Source: an uncultured Desulfobacter sp. (lineage in GTDB: Bacteria; Desulfobacterota; Desulfobacteria; Desulfobacterales; Desulfobacteraceae). From it: a DNA stretch of 64,000 nt. The stretch's first letter is position 1. Each line of letters opens with the position of its first letter. Position numbers and translations under genes: made by a program. This document shows positions 1 through 9,000 of this stretch, in pieces. A model generated the notes under the pieces. That model was not told where the DNA came from and did not search any database. It saw only the letters and a list, made by a program, of their open reading frames with translations. The stretch is taken from NCBI GenBank assembly GCA_963665095.1, contig OY762069.1:6336001-6400000 (forward strand), given 5' to 3'.

Positions 1-2
1 AC

Positions 3-92
3 TATATTGTGGTGGCTCGGGCTATATCCTATCCTGACAATGAACCGGTAGATCTGCCGACTATCGGGAGCACGTTTATTTGCCGGGACTAA
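3..92 (+). CDS. 3' end of a gene running in from before the window; same C-terminal Tyr-rich domain as the next two genes
   Basis: Frame from nt 3 reads YIVVARAISYPDNEPVDLPTIGSTFICRD*, near-identical to the end of 1811..3430 (YIVVVRAVTDPDNEPADLPIIGGTVTCSE*). Not in the ORF track. Confidence 0.85.
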   Translation, partial: YIVVARAISYPDNEPVDLPTIGSTFICRD

Positions 93-182
93 TTATTTTT
101 ATCCGTTAACGCCCTGGAAAAGAAAGATTCTGGTAGATGTTTTTACCCAAAGTATCCATGTCTCAGAAACATAATGTTTCCC

Positions 183-210
183 TTGACTTTTTGTCTTTTG
201 GGGTGATATT
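183..210 (+). promoter_or_regulatory. possible sigma70 promoter
   Basis: TTGACT-N16-GATATT, about 190 nt upstream of the ATG at 403. Confidence 0.35.
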
Positions 211-402
211 GCGAAAGTCGTTTCAACGGGTAAGGAAGATCATGTGTCCTGTCTGAGGGGAGCATGAGTTCTTGTATTCAGTATGTTGTAAATGTCCTTA
301 TGAAAAATAGATAAGTTCCACACATCAGGCTGAATCGAAAGGCTGGTGGCTTTGTCATCTGTATAGCTCAATATGGGGCATTATTATCTCAAGGAGAAGA
401 AG

Positions 403-1416
403 ATGGGAAAAATTAGATGGATTTTTGTAATGTTGATTGTGTTTTCAATGTTCTGTACAGCAGCCAATGCTGCGGAGGATCTTACCGACTGGTCGCACTA
501 CACGGAAGATGAAGGTTCTTACTTTACCGTATCCGGGACAACAGCAACCATTAGCCAGACCAGTTTGGCCGATGGCTGTCCATGGTCAAGAATATCCAAA
601 TATTATGAGAATGCAACAGGCATTATGGCCACAGTAAATGTGAGCGACATCAATACTGACTGTTCTGAAGCTTATGGTCATGTTGGATTGAGAAAAAATG
701 TTGCGAGCACATCATCGGGAACCCTGATACTGGCTGAGATTGATGTTAATGTTTATGAAGGTGCCCATAGAATAAGATACCGACTTCGGGAAAGGACTGA
801 AGATGGTACTACAGTGGCCGTCTTGACCAATTCATTTTTCGGAAGCTTTGATGGCGGTATGTGGGAAACAGGTGAGGATGTTGTCATTGGATTGGGCGTT
901 GTTGGAAACGATGTCTGTTTTTATGCATCTGAAAGCGAAATATTGGCTAAAATAACCCTGGATTTTGAGGTATCTCCAGTCGAAAGAAGCTTGGAGATAA
1001 CCGGTTGTGCAGAATCCGGCGGCTCTATTTCAGCAGAGGTCAGCAATGTCACCGTGTTATATGGGGAATTCCCTGGTGAGTCTGAGGGCACCGGGGCTAC
1101 TGATGGGGTAAAGGTAACTGATGTGAATGTTTCCGGCACATACCAGGTGGGCAGCCCCATGACCATTTCAGCCACAGCATACAATGAATCCGGCGGGACT
1201 ATTTACTACAGATTCGGCATTGTAAAGGATTATGGAACGGCCAGCTATGATCCCTCCACCTGGACAGCCATCTCCGATTACACAACAAATGCGAGAACTG
1301 TTTATACATTTACGGAAGCGGGCAGCTATATCTTTACCGTGACCGCGAGCCTGTCTCCCGAGGAGCCGTCTGAACCCAAACCCATGCTTGGCGGCTGTAT
1401 TACCATTACTGAGTAG
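403..1416 (+). CDS. secreted protein with C-terminal Tyr-rich (triple-tyrosine/Y_Y_Y-like) beta domain
   Basis: AAGGAG RBS before ATG 403; signal peptide MGKIRWIFVMLIVFSMFCTAANA; C-terminal domain TIYYRF..DYGTASYD..W..ISDY..YTFTEAGSYIF..PMLGG. Confidence 0.75.
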   Translation: MGKIRWIFVMLIVFSMFCTAANAAEDLTDWSHYTEDEGSYFTVSGTTATISQTSLADGCPWSRISKYYENATGIMATVNVSDINTDCSEAYGHVGLRKNVASTSSGTLILAEIDVNVYEGAHRIRYRLRERTEDGTTVAVLTNSFFGSFDGGMWETGEDVVIGLGVVGNDVCFYASESEILAKITLDFEVSPVERSLEITGCAESGGSISAEVSNVTVLYGEFPGESEGTGATDGVKVTDVNVSGTYQVGSPMTISATAYNESGGTIYYRFGIVKDYGTASYDPSTWTAISDYTTNARTVYTFTEAGSYIFTVTASLSPEEPSEPKPMLGGCITITE

Positions 1417-1475
1417 GATGGTGTTCCCCCAGATACCGGGGAAATGAAGGCTGGCTTGTAGAAGCCCTGGATAAA

Positions 1476-1516
1476 AAAGTAAGAAAGCGGTTGTTTGACA
1501 ACCGCTTTCTTACTTT
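1476..1516. terminator. intrinsic terminator-like hairpin
   Basis: AAAGTAAGAAAGCGGTTGT-TTG-ACAACCGCTTTCTTACTTT, perfect 19-bp arms downstream of 403..1416. Confidence 0.8.
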
Positions 1517-1810
1517 ATGGGATATGGGAACCGGCTAAATGCTTTGATTGATACCCCGAAACAAGCCCTGCCCGCAGTTGGCTGTCGGATATGTCATGGC
1601 GTTTCATAAAAAAAATTGTATCCGTTGGGGGCATGAATCCCATGGTACTTTTGTGGCCTTCCGGTCCTTGACAATTTCTATATTAATAGATAAAGGAATT
1701 CAAAGTCATTCTGGTGTGTTGAAATTTTAATGTTTCTATACGTAATACGGGCTTGCCCTTTGGGGGTGCAGCTTTTCCAAGAGCCCCGAAGAGGAAAAAG
1801 GAATCAGGCT

Positions 1811-3430
1811 ATGAGCAGATCTTGGTGGCACTATTTTTTAATTGGTTTTGTTTTGTTTTTTTTGTCGTCGAATGCGTTTGGCGGGGCATGGCTGTCTCCA
1901 AAAATTGAGACGGATGCTGATGCAGACGGCTTTAGCGACAGCACTATCTATTACTTTTATAATGACGACTGCACGCTGTCAGAAATGAGAACGGATGCTG
2001 ACGGTGACGGTACCATTGATTCGTATTCATACACGACATATACATATAACAGTGGCGGATATTATGTCATTGTTAAGCTTGAGCAGGATCTTGATGCCAA
2101 CGGCACTATTGACCAAATTATATACACGTCGCAAAACGCTGATGGAACCCTGATCGTGACCGAGAATGACAGTGATGCTGACGGCACCATAGACTCTTTT
2201 ACCAGTGCCTGTCTTGACGATGGGAATGTGCCGACAACTATGGAATATTATGAAGGCTCAGGAGCCTATGACGGTGGCGGCACTCTTACGACGATTCATT
2301 ATTATACCTACGATGCCCAGTGCAATAAGATTCAAGACGAGTACGACAGCGATGCCGACGGCCAGGTGGATGAAATCACCTATACCGACTATGATGAAAA
2401 ATGTCGCCCCATAACCGTAAAAGTTGACTCAGACAATGACGGTGAAAATGAGACCATTACCCAGCATGCCTATGATGAGGGTGGACTTGTTTGCAGGACT
2501 GAAATTGATAAGGAAACAGTGACCTACGGAATCACCATTACAAGTAATTTTGTTTACGAGATGGTGAACACATATAATGAAAGCGGATATAATACAAAAA
2601 TTGTAACCACTATGACCGGCTCTCAAACGATGTATGGTCAGACAGTGGAAGTTGAGCCCACCACAATTATTAGTTCTACGACCTGGGTGTATGATGAAAC
2701 TGCCGAATGTGAACAATGTGATGACCCTTATGCTTCTGAATGCGGGTGTCCGGATGGATCGGGCGGAGACGATGGTGAACAAATAGACTCGGGAGACGGC
2801 ATATCTCCTGTCTCCGCAAGGATTACAGGTTCATTTGCATCCGGGGATCCTGTGACCGTGACCGTATCTGGATCGGCAGAATCTGGAGAAACCCTGTACT
2901 ATAAATTCTACTACTGTGCCGGTCATGGTACGGATGCTTATGAGACCAACCCCTGGGTTGTCATGCAGCCTTATTCCACATCCGCTACCTGTGAATACAC
3001 GTTTCCGGAGGACGGTAATTATATCGTTGTCGTCCGGATAGTGACCGATCCGGACAATGAACCGGAAAATCTGCCGATTATCGGTGGGGTTGTAAGCATT
3101 GGCAGCTCGGACAATCCCCGGATTGAACAGTTGTCGTCAGGTGTCTCAGGAACCGTCTCTCCCAACACTCCGGTCACCTACACCATCACAGCTTCGGATT
3201 CGAGAGGAGACGCTGTATATTATAAATGGTTCTACCGTGCCGGTTACGGTACGGACGCGTATGATACCAACCCCTGGGTCGTTGTTCAGCCTTATTCCAC
3301 GTCCAGTTCCTGTGAGTACACGTTTCCAGACGAAGGCGATTATATTGTGGTGGTCCGGGCCGTGACCGATCCGGACAATGAACCAGCGGATCTGCCGATT
3401 ATTGGCGGTACGGTCACCTGCAGTGAGTAA
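1811..3430 (+). CDS. secreted acidic protein with DxDxDG repeats and two tandem Tyr-rich C-terminal domains
   Basis: Signal peptide from ATG 1811 (MSRSWWHYFLIGFVLFFLSSNAFG); repeats DADADG, DADGDGTID, DLDANGTID, DSDADGTID, DSDADGQVD, DSDNDG; two ~100-aa copies of YYKF/WY..AG.GTDAY.TNPWVV.QPYSTS..CEYTFP..G.YIVVVR.VTDPDNEP..LPIIGG. Confidence 0.8.
   Translation: MSRSWWHYFLIGFVLFFLSSNAFGGAWLSPKIETDADADGFSDSTIYYFYNDDCTLSEMRTDADGDGTIDSYSYTTYTYNSGGYYVIVKLEQDLDANGTIDQIIYTSQNADGTLIVTENDSDADGTIDSFTSACLDDGNVPTTMEYYEGSGAYDGGGTLTTIHYYTYDAQCNKIQDEYDSDADGQVDEITYTDYDEKCRPITVKVDSDNDGENETITQHAYDEGGLVCRTEIDKETVTYGITITSNFVYEMVNTYNESGYNTKIVTTMTGSQTMYGQTVEVEPTTIISSTTWVYDETAECEQCDDPYASECGCPDGSGGDDGEQIDSGDGISPVSARITGSFASGDPVTVTVSGSAESGETLYYKFYYCAGHGTDAYETNPWVVMQPYSTSATCEYTFPEDGNYIVVVRIVTDPDNEPENLPIIGGVVSIGSSDNPRIEQLSSGVSGTVSPNTPVTYTITASDSRGDAVYYKWFYRAGYGTDAYDTNPWVVVQPYSTSSSCEYTFPDEGDYIVVVRAVTDPDNEPADLPIIGGTVTCSE
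2896..3409 (+). repeat. intragenic duplication (~190 nt; copies ~2896-3088 and ~3215-3409)
   Basis: Shared DNA such as ACCAACCCCTGGGT, CAGCCTTATTCCAC and GTGACCGATCCGGACAATGAACC occurs in both copies. Confidence 0.85.
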
Positions 3431-3434
3431 TTAT

Positions 3435-3477
3435 TCAGCCCTGAAGACCATGCCGGAAGCATGGTCTTCAGGGCTGA
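3435..3477. terminator. hairpin between convergent genes
   Basis: TCAGCCCTGAAGACCATGC-CGGAA-GCATGGTCTTCAGGGCTGA, perfect 19-bp arms. Confidence 0.75.
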
Positions 3478-3565
3478 CACATTGAAATACCCCTGTCAGC
3501 CGGTACCATGCCATTCGGCCAACCTTTGATAAAGCAGCAGCTGGTATCAACGGCATTAAACAAGT

Positions 3566-4768
3566 CTACCATGCATAGTTGGTATGGCTCATCCAGTAAC
3601 CACATACCATACCGTTATCATGCAAAAGCAGGATGATGTCATCCGGAGCAATCCTGTCAATAAGATCTGAATAGAACATGTCGGTTTCATTTTTTTTCAG
3701 CCGCATGATGTCGATATGAAAGGTTTCCTTATATGCCGGAGCCAAATCTTTAGCAATATATTTACCAAACGAATCGGAAAGTATAAGAAGGCGGCGCTTT
3801 GTTATAGGGAATTTGGTCCTGTAACAGGAAAAATCCACGGCTGTTTCGTAGTATCCTTCAAGCAGTTTTGCCAAATACGTATTATCAGATGTTATACCAT
3901 ACTCATCATAGTTATATTCCCAGACTCTGATTGGATATTTGAATCCCAAGATGTTGCTGGTATCACTGAAAGATTCTATAAGAGAAGCCTGTGACGAAAA
4001 ATTTTCATCCATTTGTATTCCCAGCTTTGACAGTAGCGTGGCGGCAAACAAATGTGTACTTTTTCCACTCCAGTGAAAATTCTGCTTGGGGTAAAAATAC
4101 GGTTCGTATTTATGTTTTGCAAACAGTTCATAAGGGTAAAAGACAAGTACGTTTTTTCCCTGCATTGTTTCCATAATTTCGTGGATTGCATTTTTATGCC
4201 TGGAAAATTCCAGACAATCGGCAACCAGGTTTCCAGGGACTGAATTTGGCAGTTTTTCAGGATATAACACAGGCTTTGATACAGGGGCTGCAATTGTCAC
4301 CCTGTATCCTCTCGAGGTCAGGCTGTCAATAAATGAGAGAAGTGCTTCCATATATCGCTGTTTTGGCTTTTCTGCCCTCCCCTGCCTGCACAGCGTGTTA
4401 AAAACACCATATTTTTGCCCTGATCTGTGGTCATTCATGAAAATAAACCCATCTTTGCCAATTGTTATCCGGGAAGCCGGGGTGTCTTTAAACAGGTTCA
4501 GTAAAAGTTTCCGGTAGAACCGGTTTGCGAAGAGTGAAAAACCCATATGATCATTTAGAAAACTATTGAACCTGCTAAAAAAGATCTTTGGATGAACAAC
4601 ATCCTGTATTGGGGGAAGATCAGTAAGTGTTCGTTTTTCCCATTTTGATCTTGCATCATGGTCCGTGAAAAAAAGACCACTGACCGAAGGGGACAAAAGC
4701 ATTAAAACAACCGCAATCATGATAAGTTTGGCCGGCCACGATAGGCAGATATTCTTGGGATCATCCAT
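3566..4768 (-). CDS. AlgJ/AlgX-like SGNH polysaccharide O-acetyltransferase
   Basis: N-terminal TM, EKRTL..LP, IGKDGFIF, P.K..LYPE.LP, FHWSGKS and SDSFG motifs; starts immediately after the MBOAT stop. Confidence 0.8.
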   Translation of the reverse strand: MDDPKNICLSWPAKLIMIAVVLMLLSPSVSGLFFTDHDARSKWEKRTLTDLPPIQDVVHPKIFFSRFNSFLNDHMGFSLFANRFYRKLLLNLFKDTPASRITIGKDGFIFMNDHRSGQKYGVFNTLCRQGRAEKPKQRYMEALLSFIDSLTSRGYRVTIAAPVSKPVLYPEKLPNSVPGNLVADCLEFSRHKNAIHEIMETMQGKNVLVFYPYELFAKHKYEPYFYPKQNFHWSGKSTHLFAATLLSKLGIQMDENFSSQASLIESFSDTSNILGFKYPIRVWEYNYDEYGITSDNTYLAKLLEGYYETAVDFSCYRTKFPITKRRLLILSDSFGKYIAKDLAPAYKETFHIDIMRLKKNETDMFYSDLIDRIAPDDIILLLHDNGMVCGYWMSHTNYAW

Positions 4769-4769
4769 G

Positions 4770-6182
4770 TTAAAAACGAAAATAGATAAAAGGGTTATAC
4801 GTACCGGCCAGGATATACATTGAACAGACAAGAAAGACCAGTAGTGCCGTAAAAATTACTATAACACTATTTCGTCTTCCCAGCGGCCGGTGGTCCTCTA
4901 TTCCGGGTAAAACCTTAGCCCTGCCAAGACAATTTTTTATTGCAGGCGATGAAAATATCATGCCGGTGACGGCAAAGAACAAATTCTCATTGGTCACAAG
5001 CTGGGCAAAACCGATGGCAGTAACGCCGGATTGATGCAGACCGAAAATCGATAAAATGAAGGTGGATGCCTGTTCAAACGTCTCCGACCTGAATAAAATC
5101 CAGCCTATGATCACCATGGTTAAAGTATAGAGATGGGCAACCGGTTTAAATGTTTTTGTCAAAAAGCTTTGCAGCCGAATACGTTCAATAATAAGCAGGC
5201 AGCCATGATACATTCCCCAGGCAATGAAGGTAAAGGATGCACCGTGCCATAATCCGCAAAGAAAAAACACAGCAATAAGGTTAGAATAGGTTCTGAGTTT
5301 TCCCTTCCGGTTGCCGCCAAGGGGAATATAAAGATAGTCACGGAACCAGCTTGATAAAGATATGTGCCATCGACGCCAGAATTCGGTAATGGATTTTGCC
5401 GCATAAGGAAAATCAAAGTTAACTGGAAATTTAAACCCCATAAACAATCCTATTCCGATTGCCATATTGGAGTATCCTGCAAAATCAAAATAAATCTGAA
5501 GGGTGTAGGCAACAGCCCCGATCCAGGCAGTAGATGTTGTCACCTGGTCAAGTTGAAGAGAAAAAACTGTATCGGCAACTTTGGCAACATTATTGGCAAT
5601 AAGAACTTTCTGGGCCATTCCAAGAACGAAAAACAAGATCCCATCCCTTACCTGAAGGCCGGTAATGGTTCTTTTTTTCAAAGCATCAGCTACCGAGTCG
5701 TACCGAACGATGGGCCCTGCAATAAGCTGTGGAAACATCGTGATGTAAAGCCCAAGGTCCAGTAACGAGGCCTTTGATGCAAGGCGGCGGTGTACATCAA
5801 AAAGATAGGATATTGATTGGAAAGTAAAAAACGAAATTCCCAGAGGCAGGGCCGGTATGAGTGCTTTGCTTAGCTGGCAGCCGAAAATGTCATGTATAAA
5901 AAATGAAAAATATTTGAAATAAAAAAGTATTGCCAGATTTGAAAAGATCCCGGCAGCAAGTCCTGCATTTGACAGCTTTGGGTTGTCCCGGGAAATCAAA
6001 ATACCAAACAGATAATTCATTGCTACGGAAGACAGCAGCAATACAACATAAGCACCTTCTCCCCAGGCATAAAACAATAAACTGAATACAAAAATAGTAA
6101 TATTCCTGCAGGGTAAAATAGTATAACATATTAAAAATAATGGAAAAAATAAAAAAAGAAAGGATGTGGATGGAAACAGCAC
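4770..6182 (-). CDS. algI: MBOAT family O-acyltransferase (AlgI/PatA/DltB-like)
   Basis: LPLGISFFTFQ, FPQLIAGPIVRY, QIYFDFAGYS, EFWRRWHISLSSWFRDYLYIPLGG, GLWHGA and C-terminal NPFIYFRF. Confidence 0.9.
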   Translation of the reverse strand: MLFPSTSFLFLFFPLFLICYTILPCRNITIFVFSLLFYAWGEGAYVVLLLSSVAMNYLFGILISRDNPKLSNAGLAAGIFSNLAILFYFKYFSFFIHDIFGCQLSKALIPALPLGISFFTFQSISYLFDVHRRLASKASLLDLGLYITMFPQLIAGPIVRYDSVADALKKRTITGLQVRDGILFFVLGMAQKVLIANNVAKVADTVFSLQLDQVTTSTAWIGAVAYTLQIYFDFAGYSNMAIGIGLFMGFKFPVNFDFPYAAKSITEFWRRWHISLSSWFRDYLYIPLGGNRKGKLRTYSNLIAVFFLCGLWHGASFTFIAWGMYHGCLLIIERIRLQSFLTKTFKPVAHLYTLTMVIIGWILFRSETFEQASTFILSIFGLHQSGVTAIGFAQLVTNENLFFAVTGMIFSSPAIKNCLGRAKVLPGIEDHRPLGRRNSVIVIFTALLVFLVCSMYILAGTYNPFIYFRF

Positions 6183-6438
6183 AGCTTTTAAACATTCACC
6201 CCGGGTTAAACTATGTCAGGGCCCCATGAGGCCATGTAAAAATGAGACGATAAGGTCATTAGTGATTTACCAGACAACCTCGGTAAAGTCTACTTGATTT
6301 TAACCAAAGGTAGAAAATTGGAGCTACTGGCCAGAATTTTTTTGACACACCACCTGGAAGGTGCCTGGATAACATACATATTCAATGGTGGCATTGTAGA
6401 CACCGTGCCCCCCCCCTGCCGGTCTGCTTTGGGTCTCA

Positions 6439-7086
6439 TCAGAGAGTATCCTGCTTCACGGAAATTGTTTTTAACCCGGCATCTATATAACCGCCTAAGG
6501 TAAACACCCGGAGTACCTGTCCCTCCCGTATGACGGTCATTTCAATTAATTCATTTTCAGATCGCTCTTTCATTAGCGTTGTCAGCTCCATGGGACCTTT
6601 TTCAATGGGGACATTATCGTATTCAATGATGATATCTCCTTCTTCTATGTCAGCCCAGGGTAAATCGTTATCCCGCGGAACAGATGTTACTTTGGCTCCG
6701 AGAATTTCTTTTGGGGGCTGTTTTTCCTGGGGGATTGAGGGCAATGGCATTTTTCCTGATTCTGGAAGAAAATAGATCTGTGTTATTTGGGTTTCGTTAT
6801 ATACGAACGCCGGATGAACACCAGGGATATTGGAGGCCAGCTTAAGAAGAAGCGCGTTTTTTGTGTCTGCTTTCACTGAAAAATTAAGCGGCGTTGGATT
6901 TGGGGGGGTAAGATCCGTGACAGTGATTTTGAAATTGTTTTTAATTTCTTGGAAAATTTCCTTTTTCATGCACGACTTGCATTCAAAATATGGCGGGTTG
7001 GTGCTGTAGCGCAGCTGGCTGGTGGCGAATACTGATAACGCCGTTGCAAGGACAAAAATAAGAGGGAGTAACAGTCGTGTTTTCAT
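6439..7086 (-). CDS. exported PDZ-domain protein
   Basis: Signal peptide MKTRLLLPLIFVLATALSVFA; C-terminal GAKVTSV..ADIEEGDIIIEYDN..MTVIREG PDZ pattern. Confidence 0.7.
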   Translation of the reverse strand: MKTRLLLPLIFVLATALSVFATSQLRYSTNPPYFECKSCMKKEIFQEIKNNFKITVTDLTPPNPTPLNFSVKADTKNALLLKLASNIPGVHPAFVYNETQITQIYFLPESGKMPLPSIPQEKQPPKEILGAKVTSVPRDNDLPWADIEEGDIIIEYDNVPIEKGPMELTTLMKERSENELIEMTVIREGQVLRVFTLGGYIDAGLKTISVKQDTL

Positions 7087-7366
7087 ATTCAGGTATAATA
7101 ATTGTTTTTCAAACTGCTGATGTTTTCTTCGGCAAAGAGCGTTTGACAGGTTACAGGCAACGATGCTCTGCAAAATCAATCCAGAAATACTGCCAATGAG
7201 ATCTGATCATAGCCTGAGTCCTTCTATGGAAGTTAAATATTTACATGTCCCACTGAAACCTGTCCAATGTCAAGACGGAAATTGCATTTTTGGATCGATA
7301 TTAATAGATCCGTGCATTTAACCGGTTTGTAAAAAACTTATCAGTTTTTTGAGGGGCAGAGGTTGA

Positions 7367-7403
7367 AAACAAGGCGGGCCGGCAGCTGGTCCGCCCTGTT
7401 TGT
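7367..7403. terminator. hairpin downstream of the alcohol dehydrogenase
   Basis: AAACAAGGCGGGCCGGCAGCTGGTCCGCCCTGTTTG, imperfect GC-rich stem with A/T tails. Confidence 0.55.
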
Positions 7404-7413
7404 TTTGATGCAG

Positions 7414-8415
7414 CTACCGGAACAGCACCACCCTGTAATGGGCTTTGCCGCTTCTTAAACGGCTAATCGCTTGGTTTATTTGCTCAAACGGGAATTTTTC
7501 AATAACCGGCTTGATTCGATGAGCGTTGGCGAACGTCAGCATTTTGGCAATGGTGGAGGGACTGCCCACAGGAGATCCTGAGACCGAACGCTGACCGTTG
7601 ATCAGCGAAAAAACGCCGATGTCCAGAGGGGCGAGGGTGGTACCGACAAAATGCAACCGCCCCTTAGGGGTCAACGTGCTCAGGTACAGGTTCCAGTCCA
7701 GTTTGACGCTCACTGTGGATATGATAAGGTTAAAGCGGCCGGTGGCCTTTGCCACAGCCTCGGGATCACGGGAATTCAGTGTATGGTGTGCGCCAAGCTC
7801 CAGAGCTTCCTTGATTTTTTCCTCACTGGAGGTAAATGCGGTCACCTCACAACCCCAGGCATTTAAAAACTGCAGGGCCATATGCCCCAGTCCGCCAATC
7901 CCAATGACGGCCACATGATCCGTGGGCTTGATATCGAACTGGATCAGGGGGTTGAACACGGTGATGCCACCGCAGAAGAGGGGGCCTGCTGATTCAAGGT
8001 CTGTGCCTTCAGGGATGGGAAGGACCGAAACAGCTGATGCGCGGACCTTATCAGCAAAACCGCCGTGGTGTCCGACAATGGTGGGCTGAGCATATGCGCA
8101 CAGGTTGTGGTCACCGCTGCTGCAGCTTGCGCAGGCATTGCAATATCCCGAATGCCAGCCTAAGCCCACTGTCTGGCCCGGTTTAAAACCAGTGACATTT
8201 TCACCTGTCTGGGAGACAGTGCCCACCACTTCATGGCCCGGGACCACCGGGTACCGGGTGATGCCCCAATTATTGTCAATGATGCTCAGGTCACTTTGGC
8301 AGATGCCGCAGAATGCCACGTCAATCTCTACTTCATCTGGCTTGATGGGGCCGGGATCATATTCAAAGGGTTCCAGTTCTCCGCCTGCTTCCATTGCTGC
8401 ATAAGCTTTAATCAT
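7414..8415 (-). CDS. ahr: Zn-dependent NAD(P)H alcohol dehydrogenase/aldehyde reductase (Ahr/YjgB, CAD-like)
   Basis: CGICQSD, PGHEVVG, structural-Zn C..C..C.......C, PLFCGGITV, GIGGLGH; AGGAGG RBS before ATG 8415. Confidence 0.85.
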   Translation of the reverse strand: MIKAYAAMEAGGELEPFEYDPGPIKPDEVEIDVAFCGICQSDLSIIDNNWGITRYPVVPGHEVVGTVSQTGENVTGFKPGQTVGLGWHSGYCNACASCSSGDHNLCAYAQPTIVGHHGGFADKVRASAVSVLPIPEGTDLESAGPLFCGGITVFNPLIQFDIKPTDHVAVIGIGGLGHMALQFLNAWGCEVTAFTSSEEKIKEALELGAHHTLNSRDPEAVAKATGRFNLIISTVSVKLDWNLYLSTLTPKGRLHFVGTTLAPLDIGVFSLINGQRSVSGSPVGSPSTIAKMLTFANAHRIKPVIEKFPFEQINQAISRLRSGKAHYRVVLFR

Positions 8416-8467
8416 GAGTGTGCTCCTCCTTTTTTCTCTTTTCAAAAGACAATAAACATTGTATATA

Positions 8468-8487
8468 AAATTATAAGTTTATAATTT
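8468..8487. promoter_or_regulatory. palindromic operator candidate (TTATAA-N2-TTATAA)
   Basis: AAATTATAA-GT-TTATAATTT between divergent ahr and usp; related sites at 11559 and 15493. Confidence 0.55.
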
Positions 8488-8582
8488 AAATATCAATTAA
8501 CTTGGATGAAATCAAATGAAAAATATCAGACATGTGCTTACCCGCTTCACTCTCAACCGTTCATACCGGAGGCGTGCATAAT

Positions 8583-8978
8583 ATGAAAATGATGATCGGG
8601 TATGACGGTTCCAAGGCTGCAAAGAATGCCCTGGCCCTGGCAAAAGAGCATGCCAGCGCGTTTAATCCTGAAAAAATTTACATTCTTTACTGCCTGGAGG
8701 GGGATTCCCAGGAACAGGTCCGCCAGCTGGACATTGCCCAGCAGCACCTGGATTTTGCCCGGGTATTTCTGGATATGCCCGAATCGGTCTGCGAGGCGGG
8801 TTTGTCCGTAAGGAATTTATCACCGGGAGAGGCCCTGGTTGAGTTTGCCAATCAAAAAGGAATCAATGAAATTTTTATCGGCGTCAAACGAAAATCAAAG
8901 GTCGGCAAGCTGATTTTCGGATCTGTGGCCCAGTATGTGATTCTGAATGCCGGATGCCCGGTGATGACCACCCGGTAA
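8583..8978 (+). CDS. universal stress protein
   Basis: MIGYDGS, IFIGVKRKSKVGKLIFGSVAQYVILNAGCPV; GGAGG RBS. Confidence 0.9.
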   Translation: MKMMIGYDGSKAAKNALALAKEHASAFNPEKIYILYCLEGDSQEQVRQLDIAQQHLDFARVFLDMPESVCEAGLSVRNLSPGEALVEFANQKGINEIFIGVKRKSKVGKLIFGSVAQYVILNAGCPVMTTR

Positions 8979-9000
8979 CACAGATAAAGAGCGCCAATAT

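Noticed and set aside
211..400. Riboswitch (e.g. c-di-GMP) in the leader of the first secreted-protein gene
   Set aside because: No recognisable aptamer consensus by eye; an Infernal scan would settle it.
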